Source: Bacillota bacterium (GTDB lineage: Bacteria > Bacillota > Sulfobacillia > Fermentithermobacillales > Fermentithermobacillaceae). Taken from it: a stretch of DNA of 64,000 bases. A program made the translations under genes and the position numbers. The DNA lies in the NCBI GenBank assembly GCA_040880305.1, contig JBBDIP010000059.1:226-64225 (forward strand), written 5' to 3'. The notes under the pieces are model-generated. The model was not told where the DNA came from. It worked only from the letters and a program-made list of their open reading frames with translations, and made no database searches. Each line of letters begins with the position of its first letter. Positions within the stretch are counted from its first letter, which is position 1. Positions 9,538 through 18,506 of this stretch are shown here, in pieces.

Positions 9538-11289
9538 ATGAGCGTTTCTGGGATTCGCGGTCTTAGGACGAAGGGATTGCCTTCTTCCTTCTGGTCGCTA
9601 CTTACCATGCAGTTCAAAGTCGAATACGGGCAGCGTGGCATGGCCGAGAAACTTGGCCTGGGCCGCAAGTCGCGGCAAGCGTGGCTCTACCTGGGTTTGA
9701 TGGTGATGGCGTTTGTGCCGCTCATGGGTTTTCTTTACCAGATGGGGGACAGCATAGCAGCCCAGTCTGTGGCCATCGCCCAGCCGGGGCTCCCTGTCAT
9801 CGTCGCGGTAATGATGGGCCAGTTCCTAGTGTTCTTCATCGGGATAAGCGCCCTCATGTCCACGCTCTACTACGCGACCGATCTGGAGATGCTGCAGGCT
9901 ATGCCGCTTACAGGCCGGCAGATCCTGGGGGCCAAGGTCCTCATCGCCTATGTGGCTCAGCTCATCTTCTCGTCTGTCATCGCGATCCCGTTCCTCGTCC
10001 CTTTGGGTCTTAGGCTCGGCAGCCCGCTGTTCTGGGTGTTGGCAGCGCTGGTCAACCTGGTGATCCCCGCGATCCCGCTGGCGCTCGCGCTATTGTTCAC
10101 TATACTCATCATGCGCGGCACCAAAGGCTTCCGACACCGCGATATGTTCCGGGTCGTCTTCGGACTTGCGTTCTTCCTGGTCATCATGGCGTTCCAGTTC
10201 TTCAACTCGAGCATGGTCACGAAAGGCCCCGAGGAGATCATGAGGGCGCTCACGCAGCCCAACGGGCTGGTGCAGATGGCGGCCGGATACTATCCGCCGC
10301 TCAAGTGGGCGGCCTGGGCGCTGACAGGTTGGGCGACCGGTACCGGTCTCATCGGGACCGTGGCATTCTTGGGCGGATCCGTGGCTGCCTTGCTGGCGGT
10401 GGCGACTGTCGCCCAGGGATGGTTCCTCGGTGGCCTCGGCAAGGACGTGAGGACGGCGGGATCTGGTAGGACAGCAGGGACTGTCGGGACCCACTCCAGA
10501 CGCCACAACGCAGCGTCCGAGGGATCCGGGTCGGTTAGCGGTCTGTTCTCGCATCCCAGGGACCCGTCCGTCGCAGTAACGTTCCGCGACCACTGGGTCC
10601 TGACTCGCACACCCAATTTCCTTCTGGTGGTGCTGACCAACCTGGCCATTATCCCGATAATGTGGGTCTTCGGCGCCGTTGGGGGAGGGGAGCTGCGCAT
10701 GCTCATCGGCGGCTTTGCCGGGGCCTCTATCGACGCGCTGGTGCTGATAATGATAGCTGCTCAGGGCGGATTGGCCTCGATGAACCAGGTCTCTTCGACC
10801 TCCATATCGCGCGAGGGCGGCACGTTCTGGCTCAGCAAGATGATCCCCGTGCCTGCCAGAACGCAAGTGCGTGGGAAGCTGCGGTACTCGATGCTGGTAG
10901 CGGCAGTGCAACTGGCGACCCTGCTGGTGTCGGCTGCGATGTTGTTTAGGGTGGACCTCTACCATCTGGCCGTCGTCGCGGTGTTGGGGCTGCTGGTTTC
11001 GTGGCCGGTCAGCGCCATCTGCCTCATCAACGACCTATACAGCCCGCGATTGTCCTGGACCGAACCACACCAGGCGATGAAGGGCAACTTCGCGACGCTG
11101 GGTGCCATGTTGTTGTCCGCGGTCTACCTGTTCGTTGGCGGTTTCGTCGTAAGGATGATCTACAAGGCAGGGCTCGGCGGGGTACCGTTGTACCTGGTCG
11201 TGGCCGCGATTGCGGCGGCTTCCGGCTTCGCTCTGCAGAAGTACATGGAGAACTTGGCCGGACCGAGATACGAGGCGATTGAGGCGTAG
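9538..11289 (+). CDS. polytopic membrane protein, putative permease partner of the upstream ABC ATPase
   Basis: 583 aa. Two blocks of hydrophobic helices separated by a Gly/Ser/Arg-rich cytoplasmic loop. Starts 38 nt after the ATPase gene. No named family recognised. Confidence 0.6.
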   Translation: MSVSGIRGLRTKGLPSSFWSLLTMQFKVEYGQRGMAEKLGLGRKSRQAWLYLGLMVMAFVPLMGFLYQMGDSIAAQSVAIAQPGLPVIVAVMMGQFLVFFIGISALMSTLYYATDLEMLQAMPLTGRQILGAKVLIAYVAQLIFSSVIAIPFLVPLGLRLGSPLFWVLAALVNLVIPAIPLALALLFTILIMRGTKGFRHRDMFRVVFGLAFFLVIMAFQFFNSSMVTKGPEEIMRALTQPNGLVQMAAGYYPPLKWAAWALTGWATGTGLIGTVAFLGGSVAALLAVATVAQGWFLGGLGKDVRTAGSGRTAGTVGTHSRRHNAASEGSGSVSGLFSHPRDPSVAVTFRDHWVLTRTPNFLLVVLTNLAIIPIMWVFGAVGGGELRMLIGGFAGASIDALVLIMIAAQGGLASMNQVSSTSISREGGTFWLSKMIPVPARTQVRGKLRYSMLVAAVQLATLLVSAAMLFRVDLYHLAVVAVLGLLVSWPVSAICLINDLYSPRLSWTEPHQAMKGNFATLGAMLLSAVYLFVGGFVVRMIYKAGLGGVPLYLVVAAIAAASGFALQKYMENLAGPRYEAIEA

Positions 11290-11320
11290 GGGAAGGGAAA
11301 CTGATGGCGGATCGAGGTCT

Positions 11321-11397
11321 GTTGACATAACGACTTTACTGCCTGTTATATAGGCACTGGTTGTTCGCTACGTCTCAATTATCGGTGTTATGTAGAC
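11321..11397 (+). repeat. 77-nt inverted-repeat element, copy A
   Basis: Left arm GTTGACATAAC (11321-11331), internal hairpin TGCCT-7nt-AGGCA (11340-11356), TTATCG box (11379-11384), right arm GTTATGTAGAC (11387-11397). Confidence 0.7.
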
Positions 11398-11419
11398 CCG
11401 ATCTGCCACTAGATGCATA

Positions 11420-11439
11420 TTATCGAGACTTATGTTAAC
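11420..11439 (+). repeat. partial third copy (right half only) of the inverted-repeat element
   Basis: TTATCGagaCTTATGTTAAC. The preceding tgccACTAGAtGC also aligns with copy B's ggcACTAGAcGC. Confidence 0.5.
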
Positions 11440-11476
11440 TCGGAGCGAGGAAGTCGACCAAACGCAGCCCCGGTCG

Positions 11477-11553
11477 GTTGACATAACGCGTCCAGTGCCT
11501 ATCTCGTGGGCACTAGACGCCTCCAACGTCCTAGTTATCGATGTTATGTTGAC
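11477..11553 (+). repeat. 77-nt inverted-repeat element, copy B
   Basis: Left arm GTTGACATAAC (11477-11487), internal hairpin AGTGCC-9nt-GGCACT (11494-11514), TTATCG box (11535-11540), right arm GTTATGTTGAC (11543-11553). Same length and layout as copy A, 156 nt downstream. Confidence 0.7.
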
Positions 11554-11684
11554 TCGGCTCGCCCGCGAAACTCCGCACGACCGCGAGGCTGCGCACGTCC
11601 GAGAAACTGCACTCGCCTGACTCTTCCCGGCAGGAATCCCGCCATCGCTTATCCAAACCCGATCCTCGGGGAGCATAGGGGCAA

Positions 11685-11745
11685 GGGATCTACGGAATCA
11701 AGGAATCGAGGAATCGAGGGAATCACAGGAGTCGCAGAAATCAAC
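11685..11745 (+). repeat. seven tandem degenerate 8-9-nt repeats (GGAATC-type) in the leader of the M20D gene
   Basis: GGGATCTAC GGAATCAA GGAATCGA GGAATCGAG GGAATCACA GGAGTCGCA GAAATCAAC. Ends 5 nt before the RBS AAGGGGG (11751-11757) of the TTG-start ORF at 11766. Confidence 0.8.
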
Positions 11746-11765
11746 AACACAAGGGGGTCACGCTG

Positions 11766-12965
11766 TTGGAGACTTTGAGAGCCGCGAAAGCCATCGAGAA
11801 TGACATCATCAGCCTGCGCAGGGAGATCCACATGCACCCCGAGCTCGGGCTCGAGACGCCCCATACCTCCGCCTTGGTGGCGAAGGTGTTGAGGGACCTT
11901 GGGATTGAAGTGAGGGAGCACGTCGGCGGTCACGGCGTCGTCGGGTTGCTAAGAGGCGAGGGCCCTGGTCACGGTCTGGGCGACGGCCTGACCATCGCGC
12001 TTCGGGCTGACATGGACGCCCTCCCGATCACAGAGGAGACGGGCAAGGAGTACTGCTCAAAGATTCCGGGGTTGATGCACGCGTGCGGGCACGACGCCCA
12101 CACTGCTATCCTGCTCGGCACGGCCAAAGTGCTGTCGGACATGCGTAAGGAATTTGCCGGCAACGTGAAGTTCATCTTCCAGCCCGGCGAGGAGGGCGCA
12201 GGCGGCGCGAGGCCAATGATAAAGGACGGCTGTCTCGAGAATCCCAGGCCCGACATGATTTTGGGCGCGCACGTGGGATCGCTGTGGTCAGTCGGATCAG
12301 GGCAGATCGGCGTAAGACGTGGCCCGCTCATGGCGGCCACCGATCGCTTCACCGTGACAGTGCGGGGTAAAGGCGGTCACGGGGCGGCGCCGCATATGTC
12401 GGTGGACCCTGTCGTGATCGCCGCTCAAATCGTGGTGATGCTGCAGACCATCGTGTCCAGGGAAATCGATCCCCTCACCCCGGCAGTGGTCACCATCGGG
12501 ATGATCAAGGCGGGCACCGCCAACAACATCATCCCTGAGACCTGCGAGATCCGCGGCACGGTCCGCTACCTGGACCGCAGCTTCGCCAAGGTCATCCCCC
12601 AGAGGATCAAGGAGATCGCGGAAGGCACCGCAGGGGCGATGCGCGGTCAGGCTGTCCTGGAGTACTTCTACGGGTACCCGCCTGTGGTGAACGACCCGGC
12701 CGCGACCGATTTCCTGGCCAATTCGGCCGCGTCGGTGGTCGGCGCCGACAACATAAGGCAGGTCCAGCCCACGATGGGCGGGGAGGATATGTCGTACTAC
12801 CTGGAGCAGGTCCCCGGCACTTTCTTTGGCATTGGGACCGCCACCCCAGGTGAAGGCACTGATTTCCCCCACCATCACCCGAAGTTCGACGTGGATGAGG
12901 AAGTGCTGCACGTGGGAGTCGCGGTCTTCTCCCAGGCGTGTCTGGACTTTCTGAAAGGTCGGTAG
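11766..12965 (+). CDS. M20D-family amidohydrolase (N-acyl-amino acid / hippurate hydrolase-like)
   Basis: 399 aa, TTG start. ..LRREIHMHPELG.., ALRADMDALP, MHACGHDAH metal-ligand motifs. Confidence 0.85.
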   Translation: METLRAAKAIENDIISLRREIHMHPELGLETPHTSALVAKVLRDLGIEVREHVGGHGVVGLLRGEGPGHGLGDGLTIALRADMDALPITEETGKEYCSKIPGLMHACGHDAHTAILLGTAKVLSDMRKEFAGNVKFIFQPGEEGAGGARPMIKDGCLENPRPDMILGAHVGSLWSVGSGQIGVRRGPLMAATDRFTVTVRGKGGHGAAPHMSVDPVVIAAQIVVMLQTIVSREIDPLTPAVVTIGMIKAGTANNIIPETCEIRGTVRYLDRSFAKVIPQRIKEIAEGTAGAMRGQAVLEYFYGYPPVVNDPAATDFLANSAASVVGADNIRQVQPTMGGEDMSYYLEQVPGTFFGIGTATPGEGTDFPHHHPKFDVDEEVLHVGVAVFSQACLDFLKGR

Positions 12966-13014
12966 GAAGACAGACTCCTCGCCGGGATTGGGGAAAACGA
13001 TGCGGGCCTCCACG

Positions 13015-13043
13015 CCGACAGGTGGGGGCCTGCGTGCTATAAT
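13015..13043 (+). promoter_or_regulatory. candidate promoter of the R-M operon
   Basis: CCGACA (13015-13020), 17-nt spacer, TATAAT (13038-13043) with extended -10 TGc. About 30 nt upstream of the methyltransferase start. Confidence 0.4.
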
Positions 13044-13073
13044 CTGGTAGGAGCCTTGTTGGGAGGGTGGCCG

Positions 13074-13964
13074 GTGCAGGAACTGAGAGTCCATCCTGAC
13101 GATGTTGTTGGGTTGACTGAATCCGTAGTGTTCCAAGGCGATGCTGCGGAGATACTCAAGCGGGTTCCGGCGCGGTCTGTACAATGCGTGGTGACATCTC
13201 CCCCATACTGGAGTCTCAGAGACTACCACGTGCCAGGGCAAATCGGTCTTGAGAAGACGCTCGATGGCTATGTCGCCAACCTTGTGAAGGCATTCAGCGA
13301 GGTACGACGAGTCCTCCGCGCCGACGGGGTCATGTGGCTCAACATTGGCGACTCCTACACGAGCGGCGGAAGGACTTGGCGCGCTCCGGACAAGAAGAAC
13401 CCGGCCAGGGCCATGTCCGTGCGTCCAGATACCCCGAAAGGTCTCAAGCCCAAGGACCTAATAGGCGTGCCATGGAGGATCGCGTTCGCGCTTCAGGAGG
13501 ACGGTTGGTACCTGCGTTCCGACACGATCTGGGAGAAGCCGAACGCACAGCCAGAGAGCGTAAAAGATCGACCCACAAAGTGCCACGAGTACATCTTCCT
13601 ACTGAGCAAATCCGAGAAGTACCACTACGATTGGGCAGCCATCGTTGAGCCGAACGGTCGCAATAAACGCAGTGTATGGCATGTGAACACACAGCCGTTC
13701 ACCGACGCGCATTTTGCCACCTTCCCGGAAAAACTCATTGAGCCCTGCATCCTTGCGGGCAGCCGACCAGGTGATTTCGTTCTCGACCCTTTCTTCGGAT
13801 CCGGAACAGTAGGGGTTGTCTGCGGGCAATTGCAGCGGAAGTACATTGGGATTGAACTGAACCCCGATTACATCGAGATCGCCGAGAAGCGATTGGGTGG
13901 GCTACATAGCCCGATGTTCATTAAGACGATCTGTCTTGCCGGGGGTGAGCAGATCGCATTCTGA
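13074..13964 (+). CDS. beta-class DNA amino-methyltransferase, probably N4-cytosine (type II R-M, M subunit)
   Basis: Motif IV TSPPY near the N-terminus precedes motif I DPFFGSGT near the C-terminus. SPPY rather than D/NPPY favours m4C. I place the start at GTG 13074 (RBS GGGAGGG 13061-13067); the track starts at TTG 13056. Confidence 0.88.
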   Translation: MQELRVHPDDVVGLTESVVFQGDAAEILKRVPARSVQCVVTSPPYWSLRDYHVPGQIGLEKTLDGYVANLVKAFSEVRRVLRADGVMWLNIGDSYTSGGRTWRAPDKKNPARAMSVRPDTPKGLKPKDLIGVPWRIAFALQEDGWYLRSDTIWEKPNAQPESVKDRPTKCHEYIFLLSKSEKYHYDWAAIVEPNGRNKRSVWHVNTQPFTDAHFATFPEKLIEPCILAGSRPGDFVLDPFFGSGTVGVVCGQLQRKYIGIELNPDYIEIAEKRLGGLHSPMFIKTICLAGGEQIAF

Positions 13965-14937
13965 TCAGCCAGCCGCAATAGTCCTCCCAAGTGTGGAACC
14001 CCAGATTCGTTTCAGTCAGGCTTTGGACGCTATGCGACAGGAATGCCTGATGAATGCCCTACTGGAGACCGTTCGGACTCTCAGTGTGAGGCTCATAGAC
14101 CTCGAACTGTCGGGTTTTGTGCCAGAAGAGAGGCTCAGGGAGATGGCCGCCCTGGGGCTTAGGGCCGAGCTGCTGTATCCCGTTCCTTGCCTGCTGGCGG
14201 CTAAGCCCAGGCTGCTCGCGTACTACCGCATGCTGCTCGGATTCTCCGGGAAGGAGTTCTACCGTGCCTCCACAGGCCTGACCAGCTTCCAGCGCATGGA
14301 GACTGCCGGCACTGTGGACGATCGACAACTGAGCCGTCTTCCGGATCTTTGCCGTGCCTTTATCGTGGAGGCCGAAACGTTAGTCGATGGCGTGGGGATC
14401 GCCCGGATCTCGCGGGAATTTCTAGACGACCTGACCCTATTGACTCTCGGGCCGTCCCTTCGCGGCGGAAGTAATGTCAGAAGAGGTGCAGGCGCCACGG
14501 AACTCGTGCGCAATATGATAGTAGACCTGCTGGGCAAGCACATTGTGGCTCAGTCGCCCAGGGAGATTTCTATCTTGAACGCTGCCGGGCGGAAGGTCTT
14601 CATTGGTTTCGCGTCTGACCCGGATGTGACCGTTCGGGAGGAACTCCAGCCTGGCATCTACCGCAATGTCGCGGCCATAGAGATAAAGGGCGGAACTGAT
14701 GCTTCCAATGTCCACAACCGCATAGGCGAAGCCGAGAAGAGCCACCAGAAGGCCAGGAATGCCGGTTTCACCGAGTGCTGGACGATAGTGAACGTGGATA
14801 GTCTGGACCTGGAAATGGCCAGACGGGAATCTCCCAGCACAGACCGTTTTTACCTGCTCAGCATGCTCATCTCAAAGGACTCCCAGGAATGCCAGGAGTT
14901 CCGAAGCAGGCTTGCCAGCATCGCCGGCATCCCCTAA
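13897..14937 (+). CDS. putative type II restriction endonuclease (PD-(D/E)xK)
   Basis: Overlaps or abuts the methyltransferase 3' end. FASDPDV..(~20 aa)..AAIEIKGG fits a D...ExK nuclease core. From memory it resembles XcyI/Cfr9I-type (CCCGGG) enzymes, unverified. Start is uncertain (13897, GTG 13993 or ATG 14032). Confidence 0.6.
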   Translation: MGYIARCSLRRSVLPGVSRSHSDQPAAIVLPSVEPQIRFSQALDAMRQECLMNALLETVRTLSVRLIDLELSGFVPEERLREMAALGLRAELLYPVPCLLAAKPRLLAYYRMLLGFSGKEFYRASTGLTSFQRMETAGTVDDRQLSRLPDLCRAFIVEAETLVDGVGIARISREFLDDLTLLTLGPSLRGGSNVRRGAGATELVRNMIVDLLGKHIVAQSPREISILNAAGRKVFIGFASDPDVTVREELQPGIYRNVAAIEIKGGTDASNVHNRIGEAEKSHQKARNAGFTECWTIVNVDSLDLEMARRESPSTDRFYLLSMLISKDSQECQEFRSRLASIAGIP

Positions 14938-14947
14938 CAGATTTGGT

Positions 14948-15721
14948 TTACCCCCTATCCAGGAACGACCAGTCGTTCCTCTGGAAGGCCCAGCCGGTCG
15001 CGTCCATCTCGTTCAGGAAGGCGACCAGGTAGTCCGCAAGAGCGCTTACGATGAGGCGGCCCTTTTCTCCGGTCGCGGGGACGGGGTCGCCCGTCGCGCC
15101 GGTCATGGATATCTCCGGGATGCTTGTCAGCAGTTTGACCTCTCTGGGAGACGCCGGCCACTCCCCTTCGGCGACGTCCATGTCGACGCAGTCGGGTACC
15201 AGGTAGAGGGCTGTCGAGGTCTCGGCTTCACCGGCGTGGCCGATGCCGAGATCCTTCGCGAAAGTGCCCGGTGGCAGGAGTTTGGGGCCTGATATCCACC
15301 AGGCCAGCGAAGCGGCGATCTTCGCGTCCGGATAGTGCCTGTGAATCTTCCTCATGGCGACGTCGATGGCCGAGTTATTGCCGCCATGGCCGTTCACGAT
15401 GAGGAACCGGGAGATCCCCTGCGTGACGCAGGACTGGGCCACCTCGAAGATGACCTCGGCCAGCGTCTCGGGCGTCATGGTCACGGTAAACGGGTAGGGC
15501 ATGAGCTGGTCGCTGACGCCGTAGTGGATGGGCGGGAGCAGGAGCGTGCCGCTCACCCGGCTCGCCACCGCCTCGGCGACGCCGTAAGCGGCGTAAGTAT
15601 CGGTGCCCATGGGCAGGTGGAAAGCGTGATTCTCGGTTGCGCCCGTGACTATGATCGCCTTATCGAACTTGGTCTTCTCGAACCGGTGGCGGTTAATGCG
15701 TTCCAGCCTGAATTCGTCCAT
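14948..15721 (-). CDS. creatininase-family amidohydrolase
   Basis: 257 aa from ATG 15721 (MDEFRLERINRH..). ..GATENHAFHLPMGTD.., FLIVNGHGGN, GHAGEAETS motifs. The track's longer start (15904) is an unsupported extension. Confidence 0.85.
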   Translation of the reverse strand: MDEFRLERINRHRFEKTKFDKAIIVTGATENHAFHLPMGTDTYAAYGVAEAVASRVSGTLLLPPIHYGVSDQLMPYPFTVTMTPETLAEVIFEVAQSCVTQGISRFLIVNGHGGNNSAIDVAMRKIHRHYPDAKIAASLAWWISGPKLLPPGTFAKDLGIGHAGEAETSTALYLVPDCVDMDVAEGEWPASPREVKLLTSIPEISMTGATGDPVPATGEKGRLIVSALADYLVAFLNEMDATGWAFQRNDWSFLDRG

Positions 15722-15936
15722 CCTGAGTTGCCCCCCAACAGCATGTAAGATTCGAGGATCTTCAACAAAGGCTTCTCCATGTCCCCCAAAACCCCTCCAC
15801 AAGGTTCCTCGCAGGAAGTCGGCGCGACGCCGGAGAATCATCCGGGCATCAGGCACGAGATGAAGGATTACTATAGATAAGGCACCCTTCAGATATCTAG
15901 ACATTGCGGCTACCTAGACATGGAGGTTGGCTGAGT

Positions 15937-17196
15937 ATGGAACGTGAACCACACGTCAATTCGGAGCGGCTATGGGCGGACCTGCAAAGGTTGGGCGAAA
16001 TAGGCCGGGGAGACCGCGGCATCTCCAGGCTGGCTTTTAGTCCAGCTGACATGGAGGGCCGCAGGTGGCTCGTCCAAAGGATGTCTGAGGCAGGGCTCCA
16101 GGCCCGAATGGATGCGGTGGGAAACGTCATCGGTGATGTGGATGGTGGTGTGGATCGTGATGCGGATCGTGGCGCGGGGGAATCCCCGGCCATCATGATT
16201 GGATCCCATTGCGACACCGTACCTGAAGGCGGCGTCTTCGACGGCGCCCTCGGGGTCCTGGCGGGAGTAGAAGTCGCGCGGGCGCTGCGGGACGCGGGTC
16301 ATCGCCTGCGCCACCCACTGCGCGTTCTGGCTTTTGCCAACGAGGAAGGTTCGCGGATCATGCCCGGTACCTTCGGGAGCAGGGCTTTCGTTGGCCTAAT
16401 TTCGGAGGCTGAGTGGTCGCGTGTCACGCCCGTACTGGCCGACGCCGGCCTGGGAGCCCCATCGCTTCCCGAGCCTGAGTTCAGCCCCGACAAGTGCCTT
16501 TGTTACCTGGAACTCCACATTGAGCAGGGCGGAGTGCTGGACGCAGCAGCAGAGGACATTGGCGTGGTGACAGGGATCGTGTGGATAACTTCCTTCGCCG
16601 CCACCTTCAGGGGAGAACCGAACCATGCCGGCACGACTCCGATGGAAAAGAGGAAGGACGCCCTGCTGGGAGCGGCCGAGCTTGTGCTGGAGGTCCCAGA
16701 GGCGGTGAGGCGCCTGGGTTCCCCCGCCAGCGTGGGCACGTGCGGGCAGTTAAGTGTCCTCCCGGGCGGCAGGAACGTTATCCCGGGTGAGGCCACGATG
16801 AGCGTCGAGGTCAGGGACTTGGACGAGGGCGTCGCTATGCGGGTGGTGGAGAGCATCACGGAGGCGGCTCGCGTGATCGCCGGACGGCGCGCGCTTGGCG
16901 TGGATCTGACAGCGGTGTCAGCGAACCGAGGCGCGTTGATGGACCCTCGGATGCAGGACCTGATCGAGAAAGCCGCAAAGGATCTGCGCCTTCCGTTTCG
17001 CCGCATGCCGTCAGGGGCGGGCCACGACGCCATGAACATGGCGCCGCTAACCCCAACCGGGATGATCTTCGTCCCCAGCAAGGGCGGCATAAGCCACAGC
17101 CCGGCGGAGTGGACGTCCATGGAGCGATGCCGGGCAGGCGTCGATGTGTTGCTAAGGACGGTCCTGGCGGTCGACAGCGACCGGAAGGAAGGCTAG
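15937..17196 (+). CDS. M20-family carbamoylase / allantoate amidohydrolase-type hydrolase
   Basis: 419 aa from ATG 15937 (RBS GGAGG 15922-15926). ..LAFSPADMEGRRWL.., GSHCDTVPEGGVFDGALGV, FANEEGSR, typical of the AmaB/AllC group. Confidence 0.85.
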   Translation: MEREPHVNSERLWADLQRLGEIGRGDRGISRLAFSPADMEGRRWLVQRMSEAGLQARMDAVGNVIGDVDGGVDRDADRGAGESPAIMIGSHCDTVPEGGVFDGALGVLAGVEVARALRDAGHRLRHPLRVLAFANEEGSRIMPGTFGSRAFVGLISEAEWSRVTPVLADAGLGAPSLPEPEFSPDKCLCYLELHIEQGGVLDAAAEDIGVVTGIVWITSFAATFRGEPNHAGTTPMEKRKDALLGAAELVLEVPEAVRRLGSPASVGTCGQLSVLPGGRNVIPGEATMSVEVRDLDEGVAMRVVESITEAARVIAGRRALGVDLTAVSANRGALMDPRMQDLIEKAAKDLRLPFRRMPSGAGHDAMNMAPLTPTGMIFVPSKGGISHSPAEWTSMERCRAGVDVLLRTVLAVDSDRKEG

Positions 17197-18506
17197 TCCA
17201 GGTATCCCGCCCGCTTGCCGATGATCTCCAGGAGCCTGACCAGGCCTTTCAGCTCTAACCCGGCTCGCTCCTCGTCAAATTGGAAACGGCCCTGCCCCGG
17301 GTCTGGAAGATGCATCACGATGCTGGCCTCCAGAACCGACATCGTGGATATACCCATAGCGGCGATCCCGGCCTCGAGCAAATTGGCGCCGTTCCTTGAG
17401 TCTTCCACTGTGAAAATGGGAAAACCCATCTCGTCGCCCCAGGTATCCTCGTAGTTTATCTCTACCGATAGCGAAGCGCTGTTCTTTCCAACCCGAAGGG
17501 CCTTTTTGAACTCAGGCGCCAGGTGGCCCAGCTCCTCGGTAACCGTGTCGTAGAGGCGGGAGACGCTCCTGGTGTACCTGTCCGGATCGCCGGCGAGGTC
17601 GGTCACTAGGTCCTGGAGCGCCCGGAGGCCGGGCTGCTTGGTTGGTTCGCCGCGGTTTGCAGTGATCCCCTTGAGGATCGGCGTGACCAGGTCTTCAGTC
17701 CCTATGATGAGCCCCAATCCGTCCATCGCCCTATGGCCGTAAACCGTGACCGACGTGCCCGGCTCCGCTTCGGATCCCGAGAGAAAGGGCAGCGCGTAGG
17801 TCTGGTCGGTCACGTGCGGGACGTCGAACTCGGCTGCTAGGTCCCCAATGCCCTTGTGCAGGACGTCGACGCCCTGATCGTCCACCCGGCCGAACCCGCA
17901 CCCCGGAGTGGATGAGCCCTGGGAGTAGATGCCACAGAGGTACGGAGCGTGGACCTCGGCGCTCGCGGCCAGCACCTCAAGGGATGCCTCGGGGTTGACT
18001 GACGCCAAGAGCGACACCGGCGAGTTGCTCACGCCGTGGTTACCGTACACCGCGCCCTGCAAAGGCACCACGACGACGTCGAAGCCGGCCCGAGTCTTGG
18101 GGATAGGGTAATCGCCCGGTCCGCGTAGGTGCTCGTACTTGGGCGGGATAACGGCGCCGGGAGCCATGAGGCCTTTTTGACGGGGCGCCAAGCAACGCGG
18201 AAGGAGGATCTGTGGGGCGGGACCAGAGTGTCCCCCTGCGAAAGCCGCTTGGCAGGTCATCCACAAGGCTGAAGAGGGGGTCCCGGCCACGCAGCAGTCG
18301 TAATCGCCGCCGTAACTCCCTTTGACGACCTCGCGGATGTGGTCTAGCGCTTTCTCGCCCGGAAGGTCCTCGCCTGAGCGCTTGGCGGGGCTGGCGGGAA
18401 CGTCTAGCCCGATCTCCTGGGCTGCCTTGCGGGCCTCATCCAAGACCGCCGGAGCCTCAGCGGCCAGCGTCTGGTACATCCGGAATCTGTACTTATGGCG
18501 AGGCAT
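17193..18506 (-). CDS. hypothetical protein, possibly PLP-fold (SelA/DgaE-like)
   Basis: 437 aa, good RBS (GGAAAGGGTGG). CVAGTPSSALWMTCQAAFAG and VTVYGHRAMDGLGLIIGTEDLV resemble, from memory, the SelA-like xxSGxSAAL and SGxKxxGGPxxGxIxG segments. An Arg sits where the Schiff-base Lys is expected. Confidence 0.45.
   Translation of the reverse strand: MPRHKYRFRMYQTLAAEAPAVLDEARKAAQEIGLDVPASPAKRSGEDLPGEKALDHIREVVKGSYGGDYDCCVAGTPSSALWMTCQAAFAGGHSGPAPQILLPRCLAPRQKGLMAPGAVIPPKYEHLRGPGDYPIPKTRAGFDVVVVPLQGAVYGNHGVSNSPVSLLASVNPEASLEVLAASAEVHAPYLCGIYSQGSSTPGCGFGRVDDQGVDVLHKGIGDLAAEFDVPHVTDQTYALPFLSGSEAEPGTSVTVYGHRAMDGLGLIIGTEDLVTPILKGITANRGEPTKQPGLRALQDLVTDLAGDPDRYTRSVSRLYDTVTEELGHLAPEFKKALRVGKNSASLSVEINYEDTWGDEMGFPIFTVEDSRNGANLLEAGIAAMGISTMSVLEASIVMHLPDPGQGRFQFDEERAGLELKGLVRLLEIIGKRAGYLD

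Noticed and set aside
11321-11553. Possible CRISPR array
   Set aside because: There are only two full copies plus one half copy. The units are inverted-repeat hairpin elements, not direct repeats with unique spacers, and there are no cas genes in the window.
12297-13241. 314-aa minus-strand ORF spanning the M20D 3' end and the methyltransferase 5' end
   Set aside because: It crosses an intergenic promoter region, is antisense to two motif-supported genes, and shows no recognisable family features.
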